DNA from: Agathobacter sp.
GTDB lineage: Bacteria > Bacillota > Clostridia > Lachnospirales > Lachnospiraceae
Direction of reading: 5' to 3'
Assembly: GCA_017409825.1 (NCBI GenBank)
Contig: JAFQRZ010000013.1
Span: 1,503 to 65,502, forward strand
DNA length: 64,000 nucleotides
The notes below the pieces were generated by a model. The model had not been told where the DNA came from, did no database searches, and saw only the letters and a list, made by a program, of their open reading frames with translations. Made by a program: the position numbers and the translations under genes. This document shows positions 9,855-18,765 of the stretch, one piece after another (the stretch's first letter is position 1; each line of letters starts with the position of its first letter).

Positions 9855-10441
9855 TACTGCTCACCTCCATCTTCTGCACCTGCAAGAGTAATCACCATGC
9901 GAGTCGCATATTCTTCGTTTAAAGTGGCTGTGTTCACTTCCACGCGAGCAACAATATCATAACTCTCAACAAGCTGAACCAATTTCGCAGTTTCCTCCAA
10001 ATCTGTACCAGTAAAATTGATAGAAACAGCATCTTCTGTCACCGAAACAGAACCTACATCACTATAGGCAAATACTGTCTTCTCCAACATATCCAGCACA
10101 TCCATTCTGTCGCAGAGGATTTCATCCTCTCTCAGATAACTGAACGAATAACGGCTATATTGCGAACTAATATCCTTGTATTCCTTCAGCTTTGCCATCT
10201 GTTCATCATAATGCGCCTGCATTTCCTTCGCCTGGCTCTCTACCTTTGCCAGTTCATCCAAGCGGTCAAATACCACTACCTTAGACACTGCCAAAAGTAC
10301 GACTGCGATAAACAATGCGTACAAAGCAATCGTAGAAGGACGGGTCGTTTTGTCTTCTTTGTAATAAAGATTAATTGTCTTTTTGGAAGGGTATACATCC
10401 TTCTTTTTTCCGGTAATCGGAGCATTTAAATCGATTTTCAT
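9854..10441 (-). CDS. pilN: type IV pilus assembly protein PilN
   Basis: Bitopic protein (TM ALYALFIAVVLLAV) then coiled coil. Start moved to MKIDLN (ATG 10441) because AGGAAGGAAGG RBS precedes it and it lies 13 nt past the pilM stop. Confidence 0.7.
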   Translation of the reverse strand: MKIDLNAPITGKKKDVYPSKKTINLYYKEDKTTRPSTIALYALFIAVVLLAVSKVVVFDRLDELAKVESQAKEMQAHYDEQMAKLKEYKDISSQYSRYSFSYLREDEILCDRMDVLDMLEKTVFAYSDVGSVSVTEDAVSINFTGTDLEETAKLVQLVESYDIVARVEVNTATLNEEYATRMVITLAGAEDGGEQ

Positions 10442-10454
10442 GATGCCTTCCTTC

Positions 10455-11450
10455 CTACTGTAATAATACACCCAATGCGAATACACCAATCATGTCTGCA
10501 TCCTCGCCAACATTGGCTGGTAGCAATTCTCGCATGGACTTCTTCTGTAAATCATTGATTTCTGCTATGCTGTCACACAGTGCTGGAATATTGCTTCCAC
10601 CACCCATGAAATAAATATTTTCTAAGGTAGACTCTCGATTATTGAAACGATAGAAATTGATAACCTTCATCACTTCTACCGCGATACGTCCATATGCTTC
10701 CTGTGCAAAATCTGACCCCAGCACACCATTGTAATTTTTATTTTTGTGGGTTCTAGCAACGTATACATCCACATTTCTATTTTCTGAAATTGCTTCATCC
10801 AACATCTTTCCACCCATGTGAAGATTTCGGAATACGATCATTTCTGCACCTTTGTAAATATAAACCTGTGTGCCTCTATGTCCGAGGTTTACGATACAAT
10901 ATTCTTCCTCAGCAGCCACTTTTCCAGCTTCTACAGCAGCCTTCATGATATTCGTCAACGCAATTTCCTGTGGAATCAAGGTACGCAGTTTAAAGCCTGC
11001 ATTCTTGAAAATATTGACATAGTTTGTAACCGATTCCTTGCTCATAACAGCCCCCGTCAGACGCATTTCCACAGGCTCTCCCTCGTCATTGCAAATCATT
11101 TCCTGCATGGCGTAATCATATACATATTTCTGTGGCTCCCCACTGATATAATCGCTAAATTCAAATGGCAGATTCACTTCCAACTGTTTCTCCGTCATCG
11201 CTGGCAGTGTCAGGCTTCGGCAAACCACCAATTCCTCTGGAACTACGATACCACACTGTCCACCTGGCAGACTATATTCTTTTTTGATGCCTTTCAAGAA
11301 ATCCGACATCATGTGTGGCATTTGAATCATCCCATCCTGCATCAAATTGTCTGGCATCTGAATAGAATGGATTTGCACACCATGACTTCCCTGATGCACA
11401 ATCTTCAAATTGCTTTCGCCGATATCAAAGCCCAATACTGTTTTACTCAT
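10455..11450 (-). CDS. pilM: type IV pilus assembly protein PilM (actin-like ATPase fold)
   Basis: 331 aa. N-terminal VLGFDIGESNLKIV phosphate-1 motif, FMGGGSNIP near the C-terminus. Position is upstream of pilN/pilO. Confidence 0.8.
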   Translation of the reverse strand: MSKTVLGFDIGESNLKIVHQGSHGVQIHSIQMPDNLMQDGMIQMPHMMSDFLKGIKKEYSLPGGQCGIVVPEELVVCRSLTLPAMTEKQLEVNLPFEFSDYISGEPQKYVYDYAMQEMICNDEGEPVEMRLTGAVMSKESVTNYVNIFKNAGFKLRTLIPQEIALTNIMKAAVEAGKVAAEEEYCIVNLGHRGTQVYIYKGAEMIVFRNLHMGGKMLDEAISENRNVDVYVARTHKNKNYNGVLGSDFAQEAYGRIAVEVMKVINFYRFNNRESTLENIYFMGGGSNIPALCDSIAEINDLQKKSMRELLPANVGEDADMIGVFALGVLLQ

Positions 11451-11514
11451 AACTTCCTCCCACTACAAGGTTTTATCTATCTCAAGTAATACTTACTTAT
11501 TTTCTTCATCCATA

Positions 11515-12318
11515 TTAAAACAAAGACAAATATGCCCCAATCATCTGCTCGCCAAATAGCATTGAAACTACTGCCCCCATTGCAATCGCTGGTCCAAATG
11601 GAAAATAAACACTTTCCTCACTTACCTCTGTCTGCTTTTTCATCTGCACCATTCCAATGACAATACCGATGATGCATGCAAAGAAAATCGCCAGAAGATT
11701 CTGTGCCCAGCCCAAATACATACCTGTCACAAACAATAATTTAATATCGCCACCACCCATGGCTTCTTTTTGGAGGATTTTTTCCATGATAAGAACCAAA
11801 ATAAGAAGCGGCACACTGATGGCAAAGCCATCCAGCAAAAGTCCTAGCGCTCCGTTCCACGAAGCACCTTCTACGCATACCCAATAGGCAATGCGAAATC
11901 CGACAGCCACAAACAATGCACCGTCGGGAATGATCTGTTCGTAAATATCCGTCACAGATACCAAATACAAAATACATACAAAAAACAGCATCAACACCAG
12001 CTTCCACGTAATATCGAAACGCAGTGTCGTAAGCACAAACACCACCGCCAATATCACCTCTCCGTAGAAATTCATCGGAGAAATCTGCGTGTTGCAGTAG
12101 GCACAACGGCCTTTCGTCTTCACATAACTTATAATGGGAATCAGGTCATGTGCTGATAAAACATGACCACAAGAGTCGCAGTGCGAGCGGCCTTTTAAAA
12201 CCGACTCCCCATTGCATATACGCCAACCCATACAGCCCAAAAAGCTTGCAAATACGGCACCTAACACAAATGCCAATATCAAACAATATGCAGTTATACC
12301 TGGGGATAAAAACAACAT
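11515..12318 (-). CDS. pilD: prepilin peptidase (A24 family)
   Basis: 267 aa polytopic. Cys box CDSCGH...CAYC. Catalytic Asp motifs VTDIYEQIIPD and GGGDIKLL. Confidence 0.9.
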   Translation of the reverse strand: MLFLSPGITAYCLILAFVLGAVFASFLGCMGWRICNGESVLKGRSHCDSCGHVLSAHDLIPIISYVKTKGRCAYCNTQISPMNFYGEVILAVVFVLTTLRFDITWKLVLMLFFVCILYLVSVTDIYEQIIPDGALFVAVGFRIAYWVCVEGASWNGALGLLLDGFAISVPLLILVLIMEKILQKEAMGGGDIKLLFVTGMYLGWAQNLLAIFFACIIGIVIGMVQMKKQTEVSEESVYFPFGPAIAMGAVVSMLFGEQMIGAYLSLF

Positions 12319-12353
12319 AACCGGACTCCCTTTATCTAAGTTATATTAACAGT

Positions 12354-12437
12354 TTCGAACTGCTAAAAAATTAGTTGTGCAACAACTGGATTCTACGAAG
12401 TAGAATCCTATTTTGCGAATATATGTAGCAGTTCGAA
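12354..12437 (-). other. nested inverted repeats (predicted three-way-junction RNA) between pilA and pilD
   Basis: 12-bp outer stem ttcgaactgcta (12354-12365) / tagcagttcgaa (12426-12437) encloses two hairpins: 12373-12387 (6 bp) and 12388-12408 (9 bp, ggattctac/gtagaatcc). Confidence 0.5.
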
Positions 12438-12477
12438 AAAATTTATGTGGAACACCCCACAACCCAGGGGGTGTTCC
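12436..12477 (-). terminator. rho-independent (probably leaky) terminator directly after pilA
   Basis: 10-bp GC-rich stem ggaacacccc (12449-12458) / ggggtgttcc (12468-12477), followed on the minus strand by ACAUAAAUUUUUU. Confidence 0.75.
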
Positions 12478-12495
12478 GTTATGTGCATAATTATA

Positions 12496-12897
12496 TTAGT
12501 TTGCTGCCCATTCTGGTCCTGATTTTAAATCTCCATCTTTGGTTACAACAATTTTAATAAAGTTATTAGTATTAGCAGAAGACTGTCCTTTATCAGCAGA
12601 TAATGTTGTACCATCGCTATCTTTTGCATCAACAGCAACAAATTCTCCAGCATCTACATCATAATACAAAGTAGTGTCAGCATTTTCACTTAATAAAGTT
12701 CCCCAATCATCCATCATAGATTTATTCAATGCCACAGCTTTAGCTGCTCTTAAATTTGCATCATCAGTTGCTTTTTTAGCATCGTCTAAACTAGCTGTAA
12801 ATGTTGGAATTGATACTGCTACTAAGATAACGATAATAGCAACTACGATTAACATTTCCATCAATGTAAAGCCTTTTTTGTTCATTAATTTTTTCAT
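12496..12897 (-). CDS. pilA: major type IV pilin
   Basis: Class III signal MKKLMNKKG/FTLMEMLIVVAIIVILVAVSIP with Glu at +5. ORF track starts at 12906, but AAAGGA RBS spacing favours ATG 12897. Confidence 0.85.
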   Translation of the reverse strand: MKKLMNKKGFTLMEMLIVVAIIVILVAVSIPTFTASLDDAKKATDDANLRAAKAVALNKSMMDDWGTLLSENADTTLYYDVDAGEFVAVDAKDSDGTTLSADKGQSSANTNNFIKIVVTKDGDLKSGPEWAAN

Positions 12898-12984
12898 AAT
12901 TCTCATTTCCTTTCTGTTAAAACTTTTTTCATTAGAATTTATCTATCGCAAGCAGAGTGGGTTGGAGCTCTGCAATTTGCCTTT

Positions 12985-14187
12985 TTATACGCTTCCGTAC
13001 ATACTAAACATTGGTAGGTATACGGAGAATAACACTACGACTACGAATACCGCCAGCACACCGATAATCGCTGGTTCTAATACCGATACCGCACGCGAGG
13101 TATTGATATCCACCTCATTGTCATAGAAGCCTGCTACTGCGGTCAATGTCGTTTCCAACGTACCAGTCGTTTCGCCCATGGCTACCATAGCGACCAGCAT
13201 GGATGGCAGATACTTGCTCTTTTCCATACAGGATGCGAGGCTCTTTCCTTCTTCTACCCCGCCTGCCGCTGCCAATATATCACGGCGCATCACGTAGTTC
13301 CCGATGCTCTTTCCCGCCGTTTCGATACAGCCGAGAATCGGCATACCCGAGGTTAGCATCATCGCCATCGTGTGTGCGAACTGACTCGCCGCATTGAGCT
13401 GAATGATATTGCCGACAATCGGAAGCATCAATGCGAGGGAGGAAAATAATTCTGCCCCCTTTTCCGTTTGCTGATATACCTTGCATGCCAGTACGATAGC
13501 CGCAATCACAAACAGCATCAAAATACCGTAATTCGTAAAGAAGTTTGACATCCCGATGACAAAAATGGTAATACCCGGCATCTCGGTTCCCATTCGTTCG
13601 AACGTCTTGGTAAAGGATGGCACTGCCACTACCATAATGATAATCATTACGATGATACCAACCACCATCGTAAGTGCTGGATATGTCAGCGAACTAATTA
13701 CCTTCTGCTTCGTTTTATTGGTCTTGTCGTAGTACGCATACATACGACGGAAGGTTTCTGCTAAGTTACCACTTTCTTCTCCCGAGCGAACACTTTCGAT
13801 AAAGGTTACTGGGAAATAGCCCTTCTGTGCTGCAAAGCTGGAGGAAAGGGTGCGTCCCATTGCAACGTCCTGCGATACTTTTTTCAGGATGTCTTTGAGT
13901 GCTTTGTCCTCCATCTGTCCTGCCAGCAAATCTACTGCTTTTACAATCGGAAGACCTACGCCTAGAATGATTGCGAAACGGTCACACATCAAGCTTAACA
14001 GCTTCGCATCGATTTTCTTTCCTCTTGGCTTGTATTCTATTTCAGGCCCCTGCACCTCTTGGATTTCCAAGATGATGGAGCAGGTCTGTTTTATCTTCGC
14101 CACTGCGGCCATCTGGTCAGTTGCTTCTACAACACCATTGACGTTTTCTCCGCTGGTGGATATTGCCTTGTACTTAAAGTTTGCCAT
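12985..14187 (-). CDS. pilC: type IV pilus platform protein (GspF/PilC family)
   Basis: 400 aa. Duplicated T2SSF domains, three TM regions. Located between pilT and pilA. Confidence 0.9.
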   Translation of the reverse strand: MANFKYKAISTSGENVNGVVEATDQMAAVAKIKQTCSIILEIQEVQGPEIEYKPRGKKIDAKLLSLMCDRFAIILGVGLPIVKAVDLLAGQMEDKALKDILKKVSQDVAMGRTLSSSFAAQKGYFPVTFIESVRSGEESGNLAETFRRMYAYYDKTNKTKQKVISSLTYPALTMVVGIIVMIIIMVVAVPSFTKTFERMGTEMPGITIFVIGMSNFFTNYGILMLFVIAAIVLACKVYQQTEKGAELFSSLALMLPIVGNIIQLNAASQFAHTMAMMLTSGMPILGCIETAGKSIGNYVMRRDILAAAGGVEEGKSLASCMEKSKYLPSMLVAMVAMGETTGTLETTLTAVAGFYDNEVDINTSRAVSVLEPAIIGVLAVFVVVVLFSVYLPMFSMYGSV

Positions 14188-14207
14188 ACAATTTCTCCTT
14201 TTGGCTC

Positions 14208-15317
14208 CTAGATTCTAGGTCGTACGGGACGTTCCTCAAAGCTCATGCTTCCCATGCTCATATTTGTGCCCATGCCCACAGATGCTGGCATATCGCTTAC
14301 ACTTGGGGAACCAACCGCTTTGTCGGCAACCTCCTGTGTTATCATACCTTCACGCAAGAGCTTCGCAACCGCATTTTCCATCGTAATACTGCCCAATGCT
14401 GCTGAGGTTGCCAAAGAGTTACGAATCTGTGGCGTCTTAGCTTCACGGATTAAGTTAGAAATCGCGTGGTCTACAATCATGATTTCGCAGGCTGCCACTC
14501 TGCCGCCACCTTTTTTCTTAAGGAGCTGCTGCGACAATACTGCCTTAAGGCTCATCGAAAGCTGGAGACGAATCTGTCTCTGTCTTTCTTCTGGAAATAC
14601 GTCTACGATACGGTCCACTGCATCCGATGCGGAATTAGTATGGATGGTTCCGAATACCAAATGTCCGGTTTCTGCTGCTGTAAGTGCCGTTTCGATGGTT
14701 TCAAAGTCACGCATTTCACCAACAAGTACTACGTTTGGATCCTCACGAAGTGCGGCACGAAGACCTGACGCAAAGCTCTTCGTATCTCTGCCAACTTCAC
14801 GCTGATTGATGACACATTTGTCTGGTGTATACACATATTCAATCGGGTCTTCCAACGTAATAATATGTTTATGCGAAGATGTATTAATCTTATTCAGCAA
14901 TGCAGCAAGTGTGGTTGACTTACCAGAACCTGTTTCTCCTGTTACCAGAATGAGTCCGTTCTTGTATTCTGGGAAGGTCGCAACTACCGCTGGCAGATTC
15001 AAATCCTCGAGATTTGGAATCTTGTCGTTTAACATACGAATTGCCAGAGAAAATTTCTCCTGCTGCATGAAAATATTTACACGAAGTCGTCTGTCACATA
15101 CCGTAGCTGCTAAGTCTGCCTCTCCTACGGTTTTCGTCGTGTTGACTGCTTCTGCCCCGAAATCTGCTGCATACATCGCACATTCTTCTGCACTTACCAC
15201 GTGGCTATCCATATCCGTTAATTCACCGTCCACGCGGAATCGCACTGGAATCCCGCATACGATATGAATATCCGATGCTCTCATTTCAGATGCTTTTGCA
15301 ATTACCTGTTCTATCAT
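14208..15317 (-). CDS. pilT: twitching-motility retraction ATPase PilT
   Basis: 369 aa. ASDIHI, Walker A GETGSGKST, REDPNVVLVGEMRD, GHLVFGTIHT. Short form lacking the PilB N-domain. Confidence 0.85.
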   Translation of the reverse strand: MIEQVIAKASEMRASDIHIVCGIPVRFRVDGELTDMDSHVVSAEECAMYAADFGAEAVNTTKTVGEADLAATVCDRRLRVNIFMQQEKFSLAIRMLNDKIPNLEDLNLPAVVATFPEYKNGLILVTGETGSGKSTTLAALLNKINTSSHKHIITLEDPIEYVYTPDKCVINQREVGRDTKSFASGLRAALREDPNVVLVGEMRDFETIETALTAAETGHLVFGTIHTNSASDAVDRIVDVFPEERQRQIRLQLSMSLKAVLSQQLLKKKGGGRVAACEIMIVDHAISNLIREAKTPQIRNSLATSAALGSITMENAVAKLLREGMITQEVADKAVGSPSVSDMPASVGMGTNMSMGSMSFEERPVRPRI

Positions 15318-15329
15318 AAAAATCCCCCA

Positions 15330-17030
15330 TTAATAATCTGTTCTGCTTACGGCACGCGATACTTCTTTTGCCGATGTCACACCCTCTAATACCAGCTCAC
15401 GGCAATTTTCCAAAATAGGTGTAAAGCCGGAAGCCTCAATCGCTTTTTCCAAAGCCACTGGGTCATTGGTGGAAATCGCACGCTTGATATCGCTGTTAAA
15501 TACTAAGATTTCAAACACCGCCATACGTCCACGGTAGCCTGTATAGAAGCATTCTGGACAACCCTGTCCACGGTAGAACGTGTAGTTTCGGTTGGATGGC
15601 AGTTTCAAAGCCTTGGTCTCGGTTTCATCTGGTGTATACGCTGTCTTACAACGTGGACATATACGTCTTACCAATCGCTGGCTGATGATACCTTTTACGG
15701 AACCTGCAATCAAATATGGTTCTACACCGATACCGAGAAGTCTGTCGATAGAAGACTTCGCATCATTGGTATGGATGGTCGAAAGCACCAAGTGACCTGT
15801 CATCGCCGCACGAAGTGCAATTTCTGCAGTTTCCCCATCACGGATTTCTCCGACACCGATGATATCCGGGTCCTGTCGCAATACAGCACGCAGAGCATTT
15901 GCAAAGGTAAGTCCTGCTTTTTCGTTAATCTGTACCTGGTTAACACCGTTGATGTTGTATTCGACTGGGTCTTCTAAGGTAATGAGGTTTACTTCTTCGT
16001 TATTCAAATCCTTTACCATGGTATACATCGTAGAGGATTTACCAGAACCCGTAGGTCCTACGATAAGGATAACCCCTTCGCTATTGTTATGTATGAGTTT
16101 TTGGAACAATTCCATGTTTTCGCCACGCAAGCCGATGCCTTCCATGGTAAGCATGCCTTCTGCCTTCTTCAAAAGACGAAGTACTGTTTTTTCTCCATAA
16201 ATCGTTGGCAAGGTAGAGATACGAAGGTCAATATCCTGCTGACGAATACGCACATTACAACGGCCGTCGAGTGGAATACGATGCTGTGAAATATCCATAT
16301 TTCCCATGATTTTCAAACGGCTGATAACCGAACTCTGCAATTCCTTAGGAACTGTAAATACATTTCGCATCATACCGTCGATACGCATACGCACCATAAC
16401 CTCTTCTTCTCTTGGCTCGATATGCACGTCACTGGCCTGCTCGGTTACGGCACGCTCAATGATAGAGTTTACCAGACGAATCGTAGGTGCCGAATTCGCA
16501 TCATCTTCAATATGTGCAACCGAATCCTTCTGTGGTTCGAAGGAAACCTCACCCACATTGTCTTTTTTCATTTCTTCAATCGCACGCGCTGCACCTTCGT
16601 TGCTGTATAAGTTGAGTACTGCACGTTCCATCGCTGCTGTTGTCGCGATAACCGGAATAACCTTTTTACGGGTAGCCGACTGAACTTCCTCGATGGTGAT
16701 AAAGTTAAGTGGGTCAACCATCGCAAGGTAGAGCTCGTTTCGAACCACCTTTACTGGAATAACCATGTGCTTTTTCGCAATATTCTTTGGAAGCACCTGT
16801 GCCATTTCTGGTGGAATCGCGGTATTGTTCAAGTCAATAAACTCTACGCCCAGCTGCATCTGCAGGGTTTCAATTAACTGATTTTCGGTAATGATACCAC
16901 TTTCAATCAAAACTGTTCCCAGTCGTTTGCCCTGCATCTCTTCTTTCTGCATTTTCAGTGCCAGCTCAAGCTGTGCTTCTGTAATTACCCCACTGGATAC
17001 CAAAAGGTCACCCAAACGCCAATATTTCAT
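15330..17030 (-). CDS. pilB: type IV pilus assembly ATPase PilB (GspE family) with N-terminal MshEN-type domain
   Basis: 566 aa. Walker A GPTGSGKSS, tetracysteine CPRC...CPEC, two RLGxxLxxxG...LxxxLxxQ motifs at the N-terminus. Confidence 0.9.
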   Translation of the reverse strand: MKYWRLGDLLVSSGVITEAQLELALKMQKEEMQGKRLGTVLIESGIITENQLIETLQMQLGVEFIDLNNTAIPPEMAQVLPKNIAKKHMVIPVKVVRNELYLAMVDPLNFITIEEVQSATRKKVIPVIATTAAMERAVLNLYSNEGAARAIEEMKKDNVGEVSFEPQKDSVAHIEDDANSAPTIRLVNSIIERAVTEQASDVHIEPREEEVMVRMRIDGMMRNVFTVPKELQSSVISRLKIMGNMDISQHRIPLDGRCNVRIRQQDIDLRISTLPTIYGEKTVLRLLKKAEGMLTMEGIGLRGENMELFQKLIHNNSEGVILIVGPTGSGKSSTMYTMVKDLNNEEVNLITLEDPVEYNINGVNQVQINEKAGLTFANALRAVLRQDPDIIGVGEIRDGETAEIALRAAMTGHLVLSTIHTNDAKSSIDRLLGIGVEPYLIAGSVKGIISQRLVRRICPRCKTAYTPDETETKALKLPSNRNYTFYRGQGCPECFYTGYRGRMAVFEILVFNSDIKRAISTNDPVALEKAIEASGFTPILENCRELVLEGVTSAKEVSRAVSRTDY

Positions 17031-17055
17031 AATTTTCTCCTATCCAAACAAAGCT

Positions 17056-17592
17056 TTAGTATTCTGCAATCGTTCTACAGGTAAATTCACATTTCTTTTC
17101 CAAACCTTCTACTACTTCGCTTTGAATCGTATAATACCCAGTAAAATAGTTTTTTTCTGGATTATATTTTAACACAAAATCTGATATGTAAAGAGTCCCT
17201 GCGTATACGTTTTCTCCTACAATCATGGCTCCCTGTCCATTACTGCTTTCGTATACTAGAAATGTTCCGCCAGAGCCCTCCGTTCTCTCCGACACTTCAA
17301 TATGTCCATCATATATCTGATATGCTACATTTGTAAAGCTTATCACATTTTTTTCTGCAACTGCTTCATCTCCCTCTGTCTGAACAGAAGTAGCATGTCG
17401 AAGAATATCACAAAGATAAAGATTCAAGGTATCTTCTAGCATCTGGCTATCGGATTCATATATTGATTCATTATAGCTACGGGTCGCAAGACTCATACCT
17501 GCAGAGCAAATTCCTCCGATCAAAAGCAGTACTACCACACATGCCAGCATTTCTATCAGGGTAAATCCATTTCTGCTTTTTAGTTTTTTCAT
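17056..17592 (-). CDS. minor pilin (prepilin-type N-terminal cleavage/methylation domain)
   Basis: 178 aa. MKKLKSRNG/FTLIEMLACVVVLLLIG with Glu+5. 4-nt overlap with the upstream gene. Confidence 0.8.
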   Translation of the reverse strand: MKKLKSRNGFTLIEMLACVVVLLLIGGICSAGMSLATRSYNESIYESDSQMLEDTLNLYLCDILRHATSVQTEGDEAVAEKNVISFTNVAYQIYDGHIEVSERTEGSGGTFLVYESSNGQGAMIVGENVYAGTLYISDFVLKYNPEKNYFTGYYTIQSEVVEGLEKKCEFTCRTIAEY

Positions 17593-17918
17593 GGTACACT
17601 TACCTCCATTTTTTCATAGGAAATAAGTCGACTATCTTTTCCACCATAAACATCTACATCTACACGCACATCATCTAGGGTTTGAAAATCAATGAGTAAT
17701 TCCTTTTGTTCTGACTCTCTGTCTTCCCCTTCCATGCGCCCTTCTGCATATTTTAACTCTTCTTCGAACGCCTCATCTGCCTCTCTCGTGGCCTTGTTGA
17801 TATGAGCTGCTGCCATAACTGAAGTAGTCAAAAACATCATTGCTAGCATTGCAATTAGCAAAGACACCATTGCTTCGATTAAGGTTTCCCCATTTTGTGC
17901 CTTTATTTTTTTTCGCAT
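17589..17918 (-). CDS. minor pilin (prepilin-type N-terminal domain)
   Basis: 109 aa. KAQNG/ETLIEAMVSLLIAML, with Gly-1 and Glu+5 present. Confidence 0.7.
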   Translation of the reverse strand: MRKKIKAQNGETLIEAMVSLLIAMLAMMFLTTSVMAAAHINKATREADEAFEEELKYAEGRMEGEDRESEQKELLIDFQTLDDVRVDVDVYGGKDSRLISYEKMEVSVP

Positions 17919-17919
17919 C

Positions 17920-18744
17920 CTACTCCACCCCTTTCACAATTACTGGTTTGGACCAAGTAACCGTTGTCACTGGGGCTGACACCTCATGAGAAAATTCCAT
18001 CATTTCTTCATGTATCACCCATGCACCATTTTCTAGCACCTTATAGCATACTGGATGACTACAACCTATGACATCCCTGTGTCCACTGCTATCTACCACC
18101 GGTGGAAGTGCATTCATCGTTATTACGATAGCATACTCACTATTTCCACTTTCTGATGTGACCTGTATCTTCACATTATAATTTAGATTCATGGTAAACA
18201 CGCACTTTACCTTTGGTAAACGTTCTTCCTCTTCTGGAATTGATATATAGAAAATCTCTTCATAAGATATATTTTTCAAATACACTTCCGATGCTGCTGC
18301 TTTCATCAAATCTGCAAAATATCCTTGAAAAGCGGTCGCATCATCTACCTTTGGGACAACTGTACTACTACACAATTCTCCCAAAATATAAAAATCTGTA
18401 GTATCTGGCAATGGGCTAATTGGAACCCAGTATCCCGACACAAAATCACCGCTAGTCGTTTCTACGCTACCAGCATTATTTCGATAGGCATAACATGGCT
18501 TGGTATTTACTTCTGTAGTGCCGATAAAAGTACCTATCTCCTGTAAATTCTCTGCAATTATTTCTGCACCAGAACTTACTGCCAAATAATCTCTCTGTTG
18601 CTCTACTCTTCGAGTATTTCGACTGCCTCCACTTGCGGCCGTCGAAACAATTACAGAGGAAACCATTACGCAAACTAACAAAAGAGCCAACACCAACATC
18701 ATAGATGCACCTGCATTGTTCTTTAACTTTTTGAAAGCTGCCAT
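17920..18744 (-). CDS. pilus-associated protein with N-terminal anchor lacking Glu+5 (PilX/ComGG-like), hypothetical
   Basis: 274 aa. NNAGASMMLVLALLLVCVMVSS hydrophobic N-terminus without the conserved Glu. Call rests on position among the minor pilins. Confidence 0.5.
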   Translation of the reverse strand: MAAFKKLKNNAGASMMLVLALLLVCVMVSSVIVSTAASGGSRNTRRVEQQRDYLAVSSGAEIIAENLQEIGTFIGTTEVNTKPCYAYRNNAGSVETTSGDFVSGYWVPISPLPDTTDFYILGELCSSTVVPKVDDATAFQGYFADLMKAAASEVYLKNISYEEIFYISIPEEEERLPKVKCVFTMNLNYNVKIQVTSESGNSEYAIVITMNALPPVVDSSGHRDVIGCSHPVCYKVLENGAWVIHEEMMEFSHEVSAPVTTVTWSKPVIVKGVE

Positions 18745-18765
18745 AATGATTTCCTCCCTTCTTTT

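Noticed and set aside
10818-11489. 223-aa plus-strand ORF antisense to pilM
   Set aside because: It lies entirely inside a well-supported minus-strand gene. The translation is His/Phe/Leu-rich with no motifs and no RBS. It is a typical shadow ORF.
11741-12106. 121-aa same-strand alternative-frame ORF inside pilD
   Set aside because: The pilD frame carries the peptidase motifs. The alternative frame is Arg/Cys-rich nonsense.
12907-12984. Possible c-di-GMP riboswitch upstream of pilA, as in C. difficile pilA1
   Set aside because: The spacer is only 78 nt, and it contains just one short gcagag/ctctgc hairpin. I see no resemblance to the c-di-GMP-I or -II consensus as I recall it. The 67-nt leader before the giant pilin is also too short.
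14245-15267. Plus-strand ORFs of 186, 100 and 153 aa antisense to pilT
   Set aside because: These are shadow ORFs opposite a strongly conserved ATPase gene, with low-complexity Ser/Ala-rich translations.
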